33,734 bases of DNA from Eremomyces bilateralis CBS 781.70 (lineage: Eukaryota): the NCBI GenBank assembly GCA_010015585.1, contig ML975195.1; one strand, 5' to 3'. The notes under the pieces are model-generated. The model was not told the origin of the DNA. It searched no databases and saw only the letters and a list, made by a program, of their open reading frames with translations. This document shows, piece by piece, positions 33,264 to 33,734 of this stretch. The translations under genes and the position numbers were made by a program. Position 1 is the first letter of the stretch, and each line of letters opens with the position of its first letter.

Positions 33264-33734
33264 ATGGCACCCCAACTGCGTGGAATTGGTACGCGCAGTA
33301 CGCGAACGCGCGTCCGGTTTGAAGACGAGATTGAGCGCACTGCTCAACTTGCGAGAGAACAAACAGCTACGAAGAAAAAGAACACAAAGAAGGCGGCCCC
33401 AAAGACGGCGGGTAGAAAGAAGAAAGCCCAGGTAGCTCCAAAGAAGATATCGGCGAAGGCATCGTCGTCTAGCATACCCAAGACCGCTAGCAAGACAACA
33501 CCTCTGGAGCTAGATCCGCAAAGGGGCCTTGCAGACGATGAGGAAGAGCTAGGAGAGGAAGAGCAGGAAGAGGAAGAGTAGGAAGAGGAAGAGCAGAAAG
33601 AGGAAGAGCAGGAAGAGGAAGAGCAGGAAGAGGGTACGGTTACTCCGAAACCGAGCCGTAAACGGAGTCGATCTCAAACCGATCAGCTACCGATACGGAC
33701 ACCACCTACGATGACCGGTTCGAAGGCATATGAT
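33264..33734 (+). pseudogene. ORF with basic N-terminus and acidic repeat, interrupted by TAG at 33579-33581 and otherwise open to the window end; possible transposon relic
   Basis: The TAG lies where sister repeat units have CAG. The frame stays open for 51 more codons. An AT-rich leader precedes it at 33200-33263. Confidence 0.55.
33540..33632 (+). repeat. 15-bp tandem repeat GAGGAAGAGCAGGAA x6 (EEEQE)
   Basis: Units start at 33540, 33555, 33570, 33585, 33600 and 33615. Confidence 0.95.

Overview
Gene-dense eukaryotic DNA from a filamentous ascomycete (Pezizomycotina-type). The evidence is short 46-84 nt GT-AG introns with CTRAC/YTRAC-like branch points and recognisable fungal housekeeping proteins. 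About 15 intact genes can be assembled by hand: IND1/NUBPL-like, an ABC-F ATPase, a Cys/His-finger hypothetical, a secreted His-rich repeat protein, a 75-aa mitochondrial-type micropeptide, TRM7, MAK5, a Rad5/16-Uls1-like SNF2 helicase, tandem DUF427, HOT/ADHFE1, a secreted aspartic protease, GPI16, LUC7, a SMAP/Age2-like ArfGAP and an SFT1/BET1 SNARE. There are also two decayed regions: 1.7-2.3 kb, with an exact 14-bp G-run/TTCGAA minisatellite, and the window end, an ORF broken by CAG>TAG inside a 15-bp repeat. The most novel-looking items are (1) a signal-peptide, GPI-like polyprotein whose five His/Asp-rich 38-aa repeats sit between two RR-QL Kex2-type sites, (2) a TRM7 with a ~225-aa insertion carrying two CxxC pairs, and (3) the LGWP micropeptide resembling Cox26. 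All calls come from motif recognition and manual splicing; no searches were run.
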